In this document: positions 9,105 through 18,896 of the stretch, piece by piece
How positions within the stretch are numbered: the stretch's first letter is position 1
Layout: each line of letters begins with the position of its first letter
DNA from: Staphylococcus phage S-CoN_Ph3
Sequence record: OR354826.1
Strand: one strand, 5' to 3'
Length of the DNA stretch: 64,000 nt
Program-made: the position numbers and the translations under genes
The notes under the pieces: model-generated
Told to the model about the DNA's origin: nothing
The model's database searches: none
What the model saw: the letters and a program-made list of their open reading frames with translations, nothing else

Positions 9105-9190
9105 ATCTTTGTATGCTTATACAAGCATCTCTCTTTTTCTGACCTTAGAGGGGTGTTCGTATAAGTATATAAAGAAAGGTCAGATTAAAA

Positions 9191-9757
9191 ATGAAAGAAA
9201 TTTGGAAAGATATTCCTAATTATGAAGGATATTATCAAATTAGTAGTTTAGGAAGAGTTAAAAGTTTAGAAAGACATATTGTTTATAAAGATGGCAGAGA
9301 AAGAACTTATCCTAGTGTAATAATTTCTAATAGAGTCGGTACCAATGGTATGGAATTATGTACTTTGACTAAAAACAATAGAAAAAAGAATATAGAAATT
9401 CATAGAATGGTTTCTATTGTTTTTATAGGAGATTGTCCTAAAGGGTATGATATATGTCATATTGATGGTAATTGCTTAAATAACAATATTAATAATTTAA
9501 AATATGACACTCGTTCAGAAAATAGAATAGATAATTATAGATATGGCGGAAAAGCAAGTACAGGAAAATTAAATATAAAACAAGTATTAGAAATAAGACA
9601 TAAATATAAACATGAAAAATATACTTATAAACAATTATCTGATATTTATGATATTGGGATAACGCAAATAGGTAGAATAATAAGAAGAGAAGCATATACT
9701 TGGTTAAATGATAATGGGGAAATAGAAAAATCTTTAACAGAAATTAAATCTTGTTAA
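9191..9757 (+). CDS. free-standing HNH homing endonuclease (NUMOD4-like N-terminus plus HNH_3-like domain)
   Basis: MKEIWKDIPNYEGYYQISSLGRVKSL N-terminal motif; CHIDGNCLNNNINNL HNH region; close paralogue of the intron ORF at 40842-41390. Confidence 0.7.
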   Translation: MKEIWKDIPNYEGYYQISSLGRVKSLERHIVYKDGRERTYPSVIISNRVGTNGMELCTLTKNNRKKNIEIHRMVSIVFIGDCPKGYDICHIDGNCLNNNINNLKYDTRSENRIDNYRYGGKASTGKLNIKQVLEIRHKYKHEKYTYKQLSDIYDIGITQIGRIIRREAYTWLNDNGEIEKSLTEIKSC

Positions 9758-9776
9758 AAAAGGAGATTGTTTTTGA

Positions 9777-10955
9777 ATGAATGAATACATTAAAAAAACA
9801 GAGGAGAGCATTACAGCTTATTCTATCAGATTATATAAAAATAGAGCAACTTACGGTTTAACATTTCAAGAAATTGGAGATTTATTAAACGAAGTTTCTG
9901 GAGAGAATCATAGCGAAGCAAAGTGGCGAAGACCTATTCAAAACTACTTACAAATTCAAGAATACTTAGAACAAGAGAACCCAGCAGGATTAACTTCCGA
10001 ACAATTAGAAGAAATCCAATCAGAGAAATTAGAGCTTGAAAAAGAAAAAATAAAAATGAGAGACCAAAAACGTGAAATGCGTAATACTCTTAGACAAATG
10101 GCTCGTTTAGAACATTTAGTAGATTATGTTGAATCTGCAACAGAAACATTAGAACCATTTGAATTACCTATAGAAAACAAAGATAAAACTAACGATAGTG
10201 AAGCTATGGTAGTTATTTCTGATTGGCATTTAGGAATGAATATAGATAGCCAATTTAATAGATTTAATGAAGATGTAGCACGATACAGAATCACTAAGTT
10301 AAAGCAGAAAACATATGAAAAAGTAATTAAAGACGACATACAGAGATTGCATATAGCTAACTTAGGCGATTTAATTCATGGTGCTATACACGTATCAACT
10401 AGAATCCAAAGTGAAGAAGATGTTATTCAGCAAGTTATAAGAGCTTCTGAATACTTAAAAGACTTTATTGGGGATTTCTTGAAATTAGGTATTGATGTTA
10501 AGTATTATAATGTTATAGGAAATCATGGTCGTGTATCTCCTAATAAGCAAGACGTGGCAGGAATAGAAGAGAACTTTGAAAAACTTATTTTAACTATATT
10601 AGACACAGCATTTAGTTCTCAATTAAACTATACGTCTTTTGATTCTAAGGACGGTCTTATTGAAACTACAATAAAAGGACGTAAAGGTGTTCTAGTACAC
10701 GGAGACTACGATAAAGGCGCAAGTATTGTTGCTAAGTTACCACAGTTATTAGGATATGTTCCAGATTTTGTTATAGGTGGACATTTCCACAGAGAATCAA
10801 TTATGGATTATGGTAAGACAACATGTATTACTAATGGTTCTTTATGTGGTAGCGATGATTACGCAATACAAATGAGATTAGGTGGAAAACCTAGTCAAAA
10901 ATATTTAACTTTCACTGATGAAGGTATTGAAGAAAATAATACGATTTATCTATAA
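9777..10955 (+). CDS. calcineurin-like metallophosphoesterase with N-terminal coiled-coil/helical domain
   Basis: phosphoesterase motifs VVISDWHLG, ANLGDLIHG, GNHGRV, VHGDYD, GGHFHRE. Confidence 0.6.
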   Translation: MNEYIKKTEESITAYSIRLYKNRATYGLTFQEIGDLLNEVSGENHSEAKWRRPIQNYLQIQEYLEQENPAGLTSEQLEEIQSEKLELEKEKIKMRDQKREMRNTLRQMARLEHLVDYVESATETLEPFELPIENKDKTNDSEAMVVISDWHLGMNIDSQFNRFNEDVARYRITKLKQKTYEKVIKDDIQRLHIANLGDLIHGAIHVSTRIQSEEDVIQQVIRASEYLKDFIGDFLKLGIDVKYYNVIGNHGRVSPNKQDVAGIEENFEKLILTILDTAFSSQLNYTSFDSKDGLIETTIKGRKGVLVHGDYDKGASIVAKLPQLLGYVPDFVIGGHFHRESIMDYGKTTCITNGSLCGSDDYAIQMRLGGKPSQKYLTFTDEGIEENNTIYL

Positions 10956-10967
10956 GAATGACCTTAC

Positions 10968-11002
10968 GGGACAACTCATTTGAGAATGTCCCTTTTACTT
11001 TG
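10968..11002 (+). terminator. rho-independent terminator
   Basis: GGGACA-13 nt-TGTCCC followed by TTTTACTTTG, directly after the stop at 10955. Confidence 0.55.
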
Positions 11003-11183
11003 TTAAAATTACTTTTATTTATATTGGGGTAATTAACGTGATTATCTTTGCGTCTAAAAGTCAATAAGACAAAATGGCGACCGTATAGGTAAGAGTATTT
11101 TTAAGAGGGTAAAACCTCGATTTCCTTATTCATATTCATTCATAATAATTTCTCCGAGAGGGCTTTGCCCTCTTGTTGATTAA

Positions 11184-11257
11184 CAGAATGTAGTTCAATT
11201 TGGTAGAATACCACATTTGGGATGTGGTGGTTGTTGGTTCAAATCCAGCCATTCTGA
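11184..11257 (+). tRNA. tRNA-Pro (anticodon UGG) candidate
   Basis: 7-bp acceptor CAGAATG/CATTCTG, D-arm GTTC..GAAT with GG loop, anticodon stem CCACA/TGTGG with loop TTTGGGA (G37), T-arm GTTGG-TTCAAAT-CCAGC, discriminator A; no encoded CCA. Confidence 0.65.
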
Positions 11258-11546
11258 TACTGTCTTTTTGGAGTAGCCACCGTTTCACAGTTTTTAAAAC
11301 GATAACTTTTTTTAGATGGCTACATATACATAATAAAATGTGGATTTCATGTCCACCTATCCTAACTCTGAGACTGTGAGATAGTAACTTAAACTAGCTA
11401 TTTAAGTGAATGGAGAGATAGGTTAAAAACTAGATTCTCAATGTGGCTTATTGAGTGCTTTGTTGCTATAGAAAAATAGTAATGAAAGAACAAAGGGTAG
11501 TTTTGAATGGTTTGAGCCCTTTATACATATAAGGAGATGGTAGATT

Positions 11547-11900
11547 ATGATTGATAATTATATAATTGAACATCCATCTTATCAATATGCTTTATCAGTA
11601 GTTAATAATGAAATTATTTCTGGAAAGTATATCAAAAAAGAATGTCAACGTTTTTTAGATGAATTAGAAAACGAAGATAGTCCATACTTTTTAGAATTAA
11701 AAACATTAAAACTAATAGATGATTTAACAAAGTTACTCAACATGGCTGACGGAATGAAAATTGGTAAAAGTGTTAATGAATCATTAGCACCTTTCCAATG
11801 GTATTTCTTAGTCAACGCTTTATGTTGGAAATATAAAAACAACCCAGAAAAAAGACGTTATGAAAAATCAACATTACTAATTGCAAGAAAGAGTGGTAAA
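11547..11900 (+). CDS. terL: terminase large subunit, exon 1 (N-terminal ATPase region, ends in the Walker A box ARKSGK)
   Basis: Terminase_1-like N-terminus; ORF stops immediately after the Walker A lysine, and the motif resumes at 12929 (KSFLVALIF...). Confidence 0.6.
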
Positions 11901-12928
11901 TGAATTTGCCTAGATATATGGCGACATATATCTGTAATCGGGGAAAATCGGTAGAAGACTTGATTTTTTATTTTATTAATGTTATTATAATATATAAGGA
12001 GAGTGTGTATAGATGGTAAATTATATATTATATGAACATGTTAATAAAATTAATGGTAAAAAATATATTGGTATAACAAATGATAAAACGATAAGATGGA
12101 GAAATAATGGTATAGCATATAATCCTTATGGAAAATATGAAAGTAAATTTTGGTATGCTATACAGAAATATGGTTGGGATAATTTTGAACATAATATCCT
12201 ATTAGATAATTTAACATTTGAAGAAGCATGTGAAAGAGAAAAAGAAGAGATTTCAAAGTATGATTTGAAAAAAGATTTATATAACTTGTCTCCGGGAGGA
12301 AATGGAGGCGTAATATATATTAATCATCCTAAAGGGATGTTGGGGAAAAGCCATACAGATGAATACAAAGAAATGCTAAGATTGAGAATGATTGGAGAAA
12401 ACAATCCGTTTTATAATAAGTCTTGGGAAGAGTATGGTGGGCATCCTAAAGGGATGTTAGGTAAAAAACATACAGATGAAAAGAAAAAACAAATTTCAGA
12501 TACTTGTAAAAGGAAAGGTATAAGTAAGAAAAAAGTAAAATGCGTTTTCTATAATGGGTATGAAATTATTTTTGATTCTGTTCAAGAATGTGCAGAATCT
12601 TTTGGAATATCTCCTTCTGGTAGCTTAATGCAAAGAATGTTAAAGACTAATGAACCATATTACAAAAAGAAATCTGATTATACCAAGAATAAATTACCAA
12701 TTGGAACAAGATTTTTCAAGTTGATACCGAGATAACTTATTCTTTTAAAAGAGAAAAGTATTGTAGAGCATAGAAGTTGAAACTATGCTTTTTTATTTTG
12801 ATAAAAAACATAGAATATAATACTTCCAAGAGTCTCCGTCAGCTCATAAAATGAGTTGGACATGTATGCCGACCTTACTGGTAACAGTAAGAAGTAGAGG
12901 ATAAAAAACCTTTACGATAACACAAGTG
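11901..12928 (+). mobile_element. putative group I intron interrupting terL, carrying a GIY-YIG homing endonuclease ORF
   Basis: in-frame interruption of the Walker A motif by about 1 kb containing a free-standing GIY-YIG ORF; exon junctions approximate (+/-5 nt). Confidence 0.5.
12013..12735 (+). CDS. GIY-YIG homing endonuclease (intron-encoded)
   Basis: GIY-YIG N-terminus (NGKKYIGITND...RW..H), duplicated NUMOD-like HPKGMLGK(S/K)HTDE motifs, C-terminal DNA-binding region; own RBS. Confidence 0.7.
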   Translation: MVNYILYEHVNKINGKKYIGITNDKTIRWRNNGIAYNPYGKYESKFWYAIQKYGWDNFEHNILLDNLTFEEACEREKEEISKYDLKKDLYNLSPGGNGGVIYINHPKGMLGKSHTDEYKEMLRLRMIGENNPFYNKSWEEYGGHPKGMLGKKHTDEKKKQISDTCKRKGISKKKVKCVFYNGYEIIFDSVQECAESFGISPSGSLMQRMLKTNEPYYKKKSDYTKNKLPIGTRFFKLIPR

Positions 12929-14287
12929 AAATCTTTCTTAGTAGCTTTGATTTTTATTCTACTTCTTTTATTAGAACCTAAAAATTCAGAGTTCTATTCA
13001 GTAGCACCGGACAGAGAACTTTCTTCAATTGTAAAAAAAGAAATTGGTAAAATGATTGAAGCAAGTCCTCATATATCTAATAAGTTTAAAGTAATTAAAT
13101 CAGAAGTTACTTGTTTATTAAACAATAGCAAGATGATTGCTTTAGCTACATCTGATAACAGAATGGATGGTCGTAAAGCCAATGTATTCGTGGCAGATGA
13201 AGTTGGGGCACTTAAAAACAGATATCCAATTGAAGCAATGGAATCATCTCAAATGAATATGATTAATAGAACAGGTATTCTTATTTCTACTGCTTATGAT
13301 AGCACAGATAATCCAATGGTGCAAGAGGTAGAGTATGCAGAAAAAGTATTAGATGGTTTGATTGATGATGATAGCTATTTTGCTATGTTGTTCAAACCAG
13401 ATGACGTAAGAGATTGGATGTCAGATAAAACATTATACGAATCTAATCCTTTATGTTACACTGTACCTGCTAACTATGATTATTTAGTTAAGAAACGAAA
13501 TAAAGCATTAGAGATGTCTGATGCTAAATCTAACTTTTTAACTAAACATTTAAACATATTTATTGACGGAGATATTGAAGAATCATTTGTTACTATAGAC
13601 GATTTAAGACAAGGTAAAATAGCAGAAGAAGATTTTGATTGGGACGGTAGAGAAGTTTATTTAGGTATCGACTTAGCAGAAACTGTCGATAATACTGCTG
13701 TTTCAATGGTTTATTATGATAATGATGAAGATAAATTTTATACAAAATGTTGGTCATTTATTCCACAAGAGAAAGCAACAGAAAAATCAAAAAGAGAACG
13801 TATTAATTATTTCTTAATGCGTGATAAAGGTTGGGCTTTTTTATGTGGAGATAGAGTAATAAGTCAACGTTTTGTTGAAGATTACGTATTAGGAATAGAA
13901 AAGAAATATAATGTTATAGTAAAAGGTATCGGATATGATAGACGTAATGCAATATCATCTGTAAACAGATTTATAGATGAAGGAGATTACGAGTGTATAG
14001 AAGTAAGACAAAATAGTTCGTCACTTGGTCCAACATTTAAAATGATGAGAGATTATATTATAGATGGCAATTTCCTTTACCAAGAAAATGAACTTTTAGA
14101 AAACAACTATAAAAATGCACGAATAACATATGATACTACAATGAATATATATGTCAATAAAAAGAAAAGTGCCGGTAAAATAGATGGTGTCTATGCTACA
14201 GCAGACGCAATGTATTTATGGAAACAAGATATTGACGACGGATTATTGGCAAGTAGTTTTGAAGATAGGGGATTATTTATTTTGTAA
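12929..14287 (+). CDS. terL: terminase large subunit, exon 2 (ATPase remainder plus nuclease domain)
   Basis: continues Walker A (KSFLVALIFILL), Walker B VFVADEVGA, C-terminal RNaseH-like nuclease region (DLAETVDNTAVSMVYYD). Confidence 0.6.
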   Translation, partial: KSFLVALIFILLLLLEPKNSEFYSVAPDRELSSIVKKEIGKMIEASPHISNKFKVIKSEVTCLLNNSKMIALATSDNRMDGRKANVFVADEVGALKNRYPIEAMESSQMNMINRTGILISTAYDSTDNPMVQEVEYAEKVLDGLIDDDSYFAMLFKPDDVRDWMSDKTLYESNPLCYTVPANYDYLVKKRNKALEMSDAKSNFLTKHLNIFIDGDIEESFVTIDDLRQGKIAEEDFDWDGREVYLGIDLAETVDNTAVSMVYYDNDEDKFYTKCWSFIPQEKATEKSKRERINYFLMRDKGWAFLCGDRVISQRFVEDYVLGIEKKYNVIVKGIGYDRRNAISSVNRFIDEGDYECIEVRQNSSSLGPTFKMMRDYIIDGNFLYQENELLENNYKNARITYDTTMNIYVNKKKSAGKIDGVYATADAMYLWKQDIDDGLLASSFEDRGLFIL

Positions 14288-14300
14288 AGGAGGTACATAA

Positions 14301-15776
14301 ATGGGATTGATTGATGATTTAATGAAACAGTTTTCAAACAATCAAAATAATCAAAAAAAACAACAATTAAATAATATGTATGGTAATGTAAATTCAGCTA
14401 TTGTTGGTACTTCCTCTGGTGGTTCATCAAAGTTTACAGAAGAAGAAGCTCTTTCAATATCCTCTGTAGCAGCAGCAACAGATTTAATAACATCTACTAT
14501 TGCTAGATTGCCAGTAAGATTGTATAAAAAAGGTTCAAAAGGAGAATATATTTCTTTAGATGATGATAAAAGAGTATTTTTATTAAATAAAGAACCTAAT
14601 ACAACATTAACTGCTATTACATTAAAAAAACGTATTATACTTGATTATCTTTTTCATGGAAATTCATATATATATCCAGAATGGAATAGAAATGAATTAA
14701 TGGGATTACACCATATACCAGCTAAAAATGTTTTTGTTGAAAGATATGTAGATGAAAATATACCATTTGCTGTTAAAGGTCAATTTGAAGTTTTAGGAGC
14801 AGACGCCCAAAAAATTACTTTATTACCCGACGAGTTAATGATTGTATTAAAAAATTCTGATAACGGATTAGATTCAAAAGGTATATTAGACCTTAATTCA
14901 GAATTATTGCAACTTGCATTAAACCAACAACAATATAGTTCTTCTATACTAGAAAATGGTGCACTACCATTAGCTGTATTGACTACACCATCTCGGGTTA
15001 CGGATAAAGCAATGGCAAAAATTAAACAAAGCTGGGAAAGTATTTATAAAGGTGGAAAAAATGCTGGTAAGACAGTTGTTTTAGAAGAAGGTATGGATTA
15101 TAAACCAGTGTCTCTTAACCCTAATGAATTAGATTTAAGTACAAGTAAAGAAGCTGTGTTATCAGATATTGCAAGAGTTTTTGGTATTCCAGAATCAATG
15201 CTTAATGCAGATGCAAATAAGTATAATTCCAATGAGCAAAACAACTTGCATTTCTTACAGTATACATTAGACCCAATTATCACAGCACTTGAAAGCGCAT
15301 TAAATAAATCTTTATTGTTAGAATCTGAAAAAGACCAAGGTTACAGTTTTCAAGTTGACAGAGATTCAATATTGGCAACTACAGAAGCAGAGAAATTTGC
15401 TACTACTATCCAAGCAATGAAAGGCGGATTAATCTCTGTAAACGAAGCAAGAGCTAGACATAACCTTAAACAAATAACTGACGACTACATGATGTGGGGT
15501 CTAGGAAACATTTTCTACAACAAAGAAGATAGTAAAATGACTATCCCAAATATGGGTGCTATTATTGACCCTAATGACCCAGAAAGTGTAGCAAAAGCTA
15601 TGAATAAAGATTCTGAACAAGCCAGTAATGATTTAGCAGATAAACAAAAAGAACAAGAAGAAGAGAATACTGATAAAGACAACAACGAAGAAAAAACTGA
15701 TGATGAGATGAATGAAGATAAAGAAGACAAAGATAAAAAATCTAACAAGGATAAGGATATAAAAGAAGATAAATAA
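14301..15776 (+). CDS. portal protein with acidic C-terminal tail
   Basis: 491 aa directly after terL and before the prohead protease; HK97-type module order. Confidence 0.65.
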   Translation: MGLIDDLMKQFSNNQNNQKKQQLNNMYGNVNSAIVGTSSGGSSKFTEEEALSISSVAAATDLITSTIARLPVRLYKKGSKGEYISLDDDKRVFLLNKEPNTTLTAITLKKRIILDYLFHGNSYIYPEWNRNELMGLHHIPAKNVFVERYVDENIPFAVKGQFEVLGADAQKITLLPDELMIVLKNSDNGLDSKGILDLNSELLQLALNQQQYSSSILENGALPLAVLTTPSRVTDKAMAKIKQSWESIYKGGKNAGKTVVLEEGMDYKPVSLNPNELDLSTSKEAVLSDIARVFGIPESMLNADANKYNSNEQNNLHFLQYTLDPIITALESALNKSLLLESEKDQGYSFQVDRDSILATTEAEKFATTIQAMKGGLISVNEARARHNLKQITDDYMMWGLGNIFYNKEDSKMTIPNMGAIIDPNDPESVAKAMNKDSEQASNDLADKQKEQEEENTDKDNNEEKTDDEMNEDKEDKDKKSNKDKDIKEDK

Positions 15777-15801
15777 CTTTTATATAAGAGAGGTTAGATA
15801 A

Positions 15802-16938
15802 ATGGCTAAAGTGGAATTTAGAATGCACGATGCCAAAATGACTAGCGAAGGAGATATGATTGTTGCTGGATATGTAAACCAAACAGAACAATTTAGTCAA
15901 GAGCTAGGATTGGCAAAACGTTTTAAAGAAAAAATTTCAAAAGGTGCATTCCAACGTGCCATTTCAAAATCAGATAGAGATATTGACTTCTTAGCAGAAC
16001 ATGACAGTTCAGTTGTTTTAGCTTCTACTAAGAACGGAACTTTAGACTTAAAAGAAGACGATAAAGGTCTTTATATGGAAGCAAGAGTTATTAACACTTC
16101 TGCTGGTCGAGATTGGTATGAAATGATTAGTTCTGGACTAATTACTAACATGTCATTCGGGTTCCAATCTATCAATGATGAATGGCGTTCAGTTGGAGAA
16201 AACCTTTTCGAGAGAACGATTAATGATTTAGAATTATTTGAAGTATCAGCTGTTAGAAATCCAGCTTATGCTCAATCAAGTATCTCAAATCGTGGACTTG
16301 ACACTTCTGACGAAGATATAGTCCCAGAAGACATTGAGGAGGAAAATGTAATGGAACAACGTACAGCAGACCAATTGCTTACAGCAATTTCCGAACTTAC
16401 TAATGAAGTAAGAGAATTACGTGGAACATTAGGTACAGATAAAGACGGTAAAACTGTTAATGTACAAAAAGATAATTATGCAGCAGGTCAACAAACATCT
16501 GCACAAGCAGAATCAGATTCAGACCATAAAAGAATTAAAGCAGATGAAGAAAATGGTAAATATGCTGGAGATAAAGAAATCGACGGCAAAGGTTCATATA
16601 ACCATGACAAAAAAGTTCCAGCTGGTAAAGATGATGGTACAGTAGAAAACGAACCAGAATCACAATCTGGTAAAACAGCTTATTATGATGGTTCATTGCC
16701 AGAAGATATTCCTGGAGAACAAAACGGAGAAGATGGAAAACAAGGACGTGTTCAAGAAGATAAAGACACTTCTTCTAGTCAAACAGGTTCACAAGACGAC
16801 ACATCTTCATCTTCTACATCTGAAAAACAAGATGATAAAACACAATCTGACAGCACTTCAACAAGTCAAGGCGAAGGACGTTCTATTTCGTTCGCAGAAG
16901 CACAAAGACGAATTGAAGAATTACGTGGAGGTAAGTAA
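15802..16938 (+). CDS. prohead serine protease (HK97 family) with acidic/scaffold-like C-terminal extension
   Basis: N-terminal 170 aa match the S78 prohead protease pattern (GYVNQTEQ..., FLAEHD, SFGF); position between portal and capsid. Confidence 0.65.
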   Translation: MAKVEFRMHDAKMTSEGDMIVAGYVNQTEQFSQELGLAKRFKEKISKGAFQRAISKSDRDIDFLAEHDSSVVLASTKNGTLDLKEDDKGLYMEARVINTSAGRDWYEMISSGLITNMSFGFQSINDEWRSVGENLFERTINDLELFEVSAVRNPAYAQSSISNRGLDTSDEDIVPEDIEEENVMEQRTADQLLTAISELTNEVRELRGTLGTDKDGKTVNVQKDNYAAGQQTSAQAESDSDHKRIKADEENGKYAGDKEIDGKGSYNHDKKVPAGKDDGTVENEPESQSGKTAYYDGSLPEDIPGEQNGEDGKQGRVQEDKDTSSSQTGSQDDTSSSSTSEKQDDKTQSDSTSTSQGEGRSISFAEAQRRIEELRGGK

Positions 16939-16940
16939 TA

Positions 16941-18101
16941 ATGGAATTAAAAGAACTTAGAGAACAACGTAACAGCTTGTTAGACAAAATGGACGAAATT
17001 ACTTACAAAGTGAATGAAAATGGCACTGGTAAAGAATCTCGTAATTTAACAAGCAAAGAATCAGAAGAATTTGAAAAATTAGTAAATGAAGTAAGAACAA
17101 TTGATTCACAAATTAATGAATTAAAAAATACAAAAGGACAAAAAGTGGAGGAAAGAGAAATGGCAGACAATAAATTAGTAGAACAACGTTCCGCTTTAAA
17201 CTCATTCATTCGTAACGATAGAAAAGGTTTAGAGGAACGTGCTCAATATGTAAACACAACAAATGACGGCGATGTTTTAATTCCAGAACAAATCGCTGAT
17301 GAAATCTTACGTAAAATGGAAGAAGCGTCTCCAGTATTTGAGCAAGCTCGTAAATACCCATCAATCAATGGTACTTTAAAAATTGCTAAAGAAAATACTG
17401 ACGACCAAGCAGGTTTCGTTGGAGAAAACGAAGAAATTCCAAGTATCGCATTAAAATTCAAACACGTTACTTTAACTCAAAAACGTGTTGGTGCAGCAGT
17501 TACTTTAACTCAACAATTGTTAAACGATTCTGCAATGGATTTATTAAGTTATTCAGCTGACCTTTTAGCACGTCGTACAGCTCGTGCAGTTGAAAAATCA
17601 ATCTTTAAAGGTTTAGGTCAAGAAAGAGGATTCGTAGGTATTTTATCTAACGAAGTAACTGATTCAGAAGATTTAAACAAAGTAAAAATTTCTGCGAATG
17701 TTACTGTAGAAGAATTAGCTGACATTACTGGTTCATTAAACCCAGCTTACTTAGACGGCGCAGCTTTCTACATGTCACGTGAAGTATTTAACGGAATCCG
17801 TAAATTGAAAGACGGTACAGGAGATTTCTTATTACAAAATGGTACAGTCAATGGTGTTATTGGTTCTACTATTTTAGGTTTCCCTGTATACGTATCTGAT
17901 GTTTTAGATAAAAAAGATGGAATCATCTTTGGTAACATTGGTGCTGCTTATGGTATCATGGTTAAACAAGGATTCTCTCTTAAACATGTTAACGGAGATA
18001 CACAACAAACATTAAATGGTACACAATTACTAGCATTCGACGGTTATATGGACGGTAACGTTATTAACCCAGAAGCTATTACACTTGCAAATACTAAGTA
18101 A
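16941..18101 (+). CDS. major capsid protein (HK97 fold)
   Basis: 386 aa after the protease, N-terminal coiled-coil delta-domain-like region, followed by hairpin GACGAGAA/TTCTCGTC at 18124-18147. Confidence 0.7.
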   Translation: MELKELREQRNSLLDKMDEITYKVNENGTGKESRNLTSKESEEFEKLVNEVRTIDSQINELKNTKGQKVEEREMADNKLVEQRSALNSFIRNDRKGLEERAQYVNTTNDGDVLIPEQIADEILRKMEEASPVFEQARKYPSINGTLKIAKENTDDQAGFVGENEEIPSIALKFKHVTLTQKRVGAAVTLTQQLLNDSAMDLLSYSADLLARRTARAVEKSIFKGLGQERGFVGILSNEVTDSEDLNKVKISANVTVEELADITGSLNPAYLDGAAFYMSREVFNGIRKLKDGTGDFLLQNGTVNGVIGSTILGFPVYVSDVLDKKDGIIFGNIGAAYGIMVKQGFSLKHVNGDTQQTLNGTQLLAFDGYMDGNVINPEAITLANTK

Positions 18102-18168
18102 TTGTAGTATAGACGACGAGAAGGTTTTACTTTCTCGTCATATACATATTTGAAGGGAGAAGGTAAAA

Positions 18169-18393
18169 ATGTTAAGAGTTTTATTCTTCCAAGATACTTA
18201 CTTATCTGATTATAACACAGCTAGGAGAGTAGGTCAAGAAATAGACCTGCAATTTGATATGGCTTACGAACTTTACAGAGAAGGTAAGGCAGATATTTTA
18301 AACCCATATTATAACAAAGATTTATTTAAAGATATAGAAAGATACGATAAAGATTGGGAAAGATTTATAAGATTAGAGGGGGATAGACCATGA
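18169..18393 (+). CDS. hypothetical protein (74 aa)
   Basis: ORF between capsid and connector genes. Confidence 0.45.
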   Translation: MLRVLFFQDTYLSDYNTARRVGQEIDLQFDMAYELYREGKADILNPYYNKDLFKDIERYDKDWERFIRLEGDRP

Positions 18394-18893
18394 CCGATTC
18401 ACTAGAATTAAACTATGTGAAAAATTATCTCCGTGTTGATTATGACGAAGAACAAGAAGATAAATTTATACAAATGTGTATAACTGCTTCACGTTCTTTT
18501 GTAGAAACCTATATGAATAGGTCTCTTAGCGATTTCAACGAAGATGGTAGTTATCCAGCTGAAATAGATATTGCAAGACTTAACGTTATATCACAGTGGT
18601 ATGACACTAGAACTATAATGTCTCCACGTTCAAACGTTAAAGAAATGGAATATGTATTTGCAGGATTGCTAGACCCACACAGATATTGGAACTTTGCATT
18701 TATTGATGGAATGCAAGAAAGTGGTCTTGGAGATTTATCAAATATCTTTTATGACAAATCAGCTAACAGATTCTATAGAGCACAACAAGTTGATACTTAT
18801 ACAGCATTAACTGGAGAAGACAATACTAATGTTCCTAATACAGGATTTTATAAACCTGTAAATGAAGTTGATTATAATCAAAGGGGGAAATAG
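18390..18893 (+). CDS. head-tail connector (gp6-like)
   Basis: LELNYVKNYLRVDYDEEQEDKFIQMCITASRSFVETY typical of gp6-like connector N-termini. Confidence 0.55.
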   Translation: MTDSLELNYVKNYLRVDYDEEQEDKFIQMCITASRSFVETYMNRSLSDFNEDGSYPAEIDIARLNVISQWYDTRTIMSPRSNVKEMEYVFAGLLDPHRYWNFAFIDGMQESGLGDLSNIFYDKSANRFYRAQQVDTYTALTGEDNTNVPNTGFYKPVNEVDYNQRGK

Positions 18894-18896
18894 ATA

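Noticed and set aside
8866-11546. search for a canonical Y RNA with a Ro-binding GGUCCGA/UUGACC stem near the Ro60-like gene
   Set aside because: no such conserved helix found by eye; only the triple-hairpin array and a bona fide tRNA are present, so a Y-RNA identity is not claimed
16460-16960. alternate-frame plus ORFs (16460-16645, 16685-16960) within the prohead protease gene
   Set aside because: embedded in the acidic low-complexity C-terminal coding region of the protease; products are K/Q-rich frame artefacts
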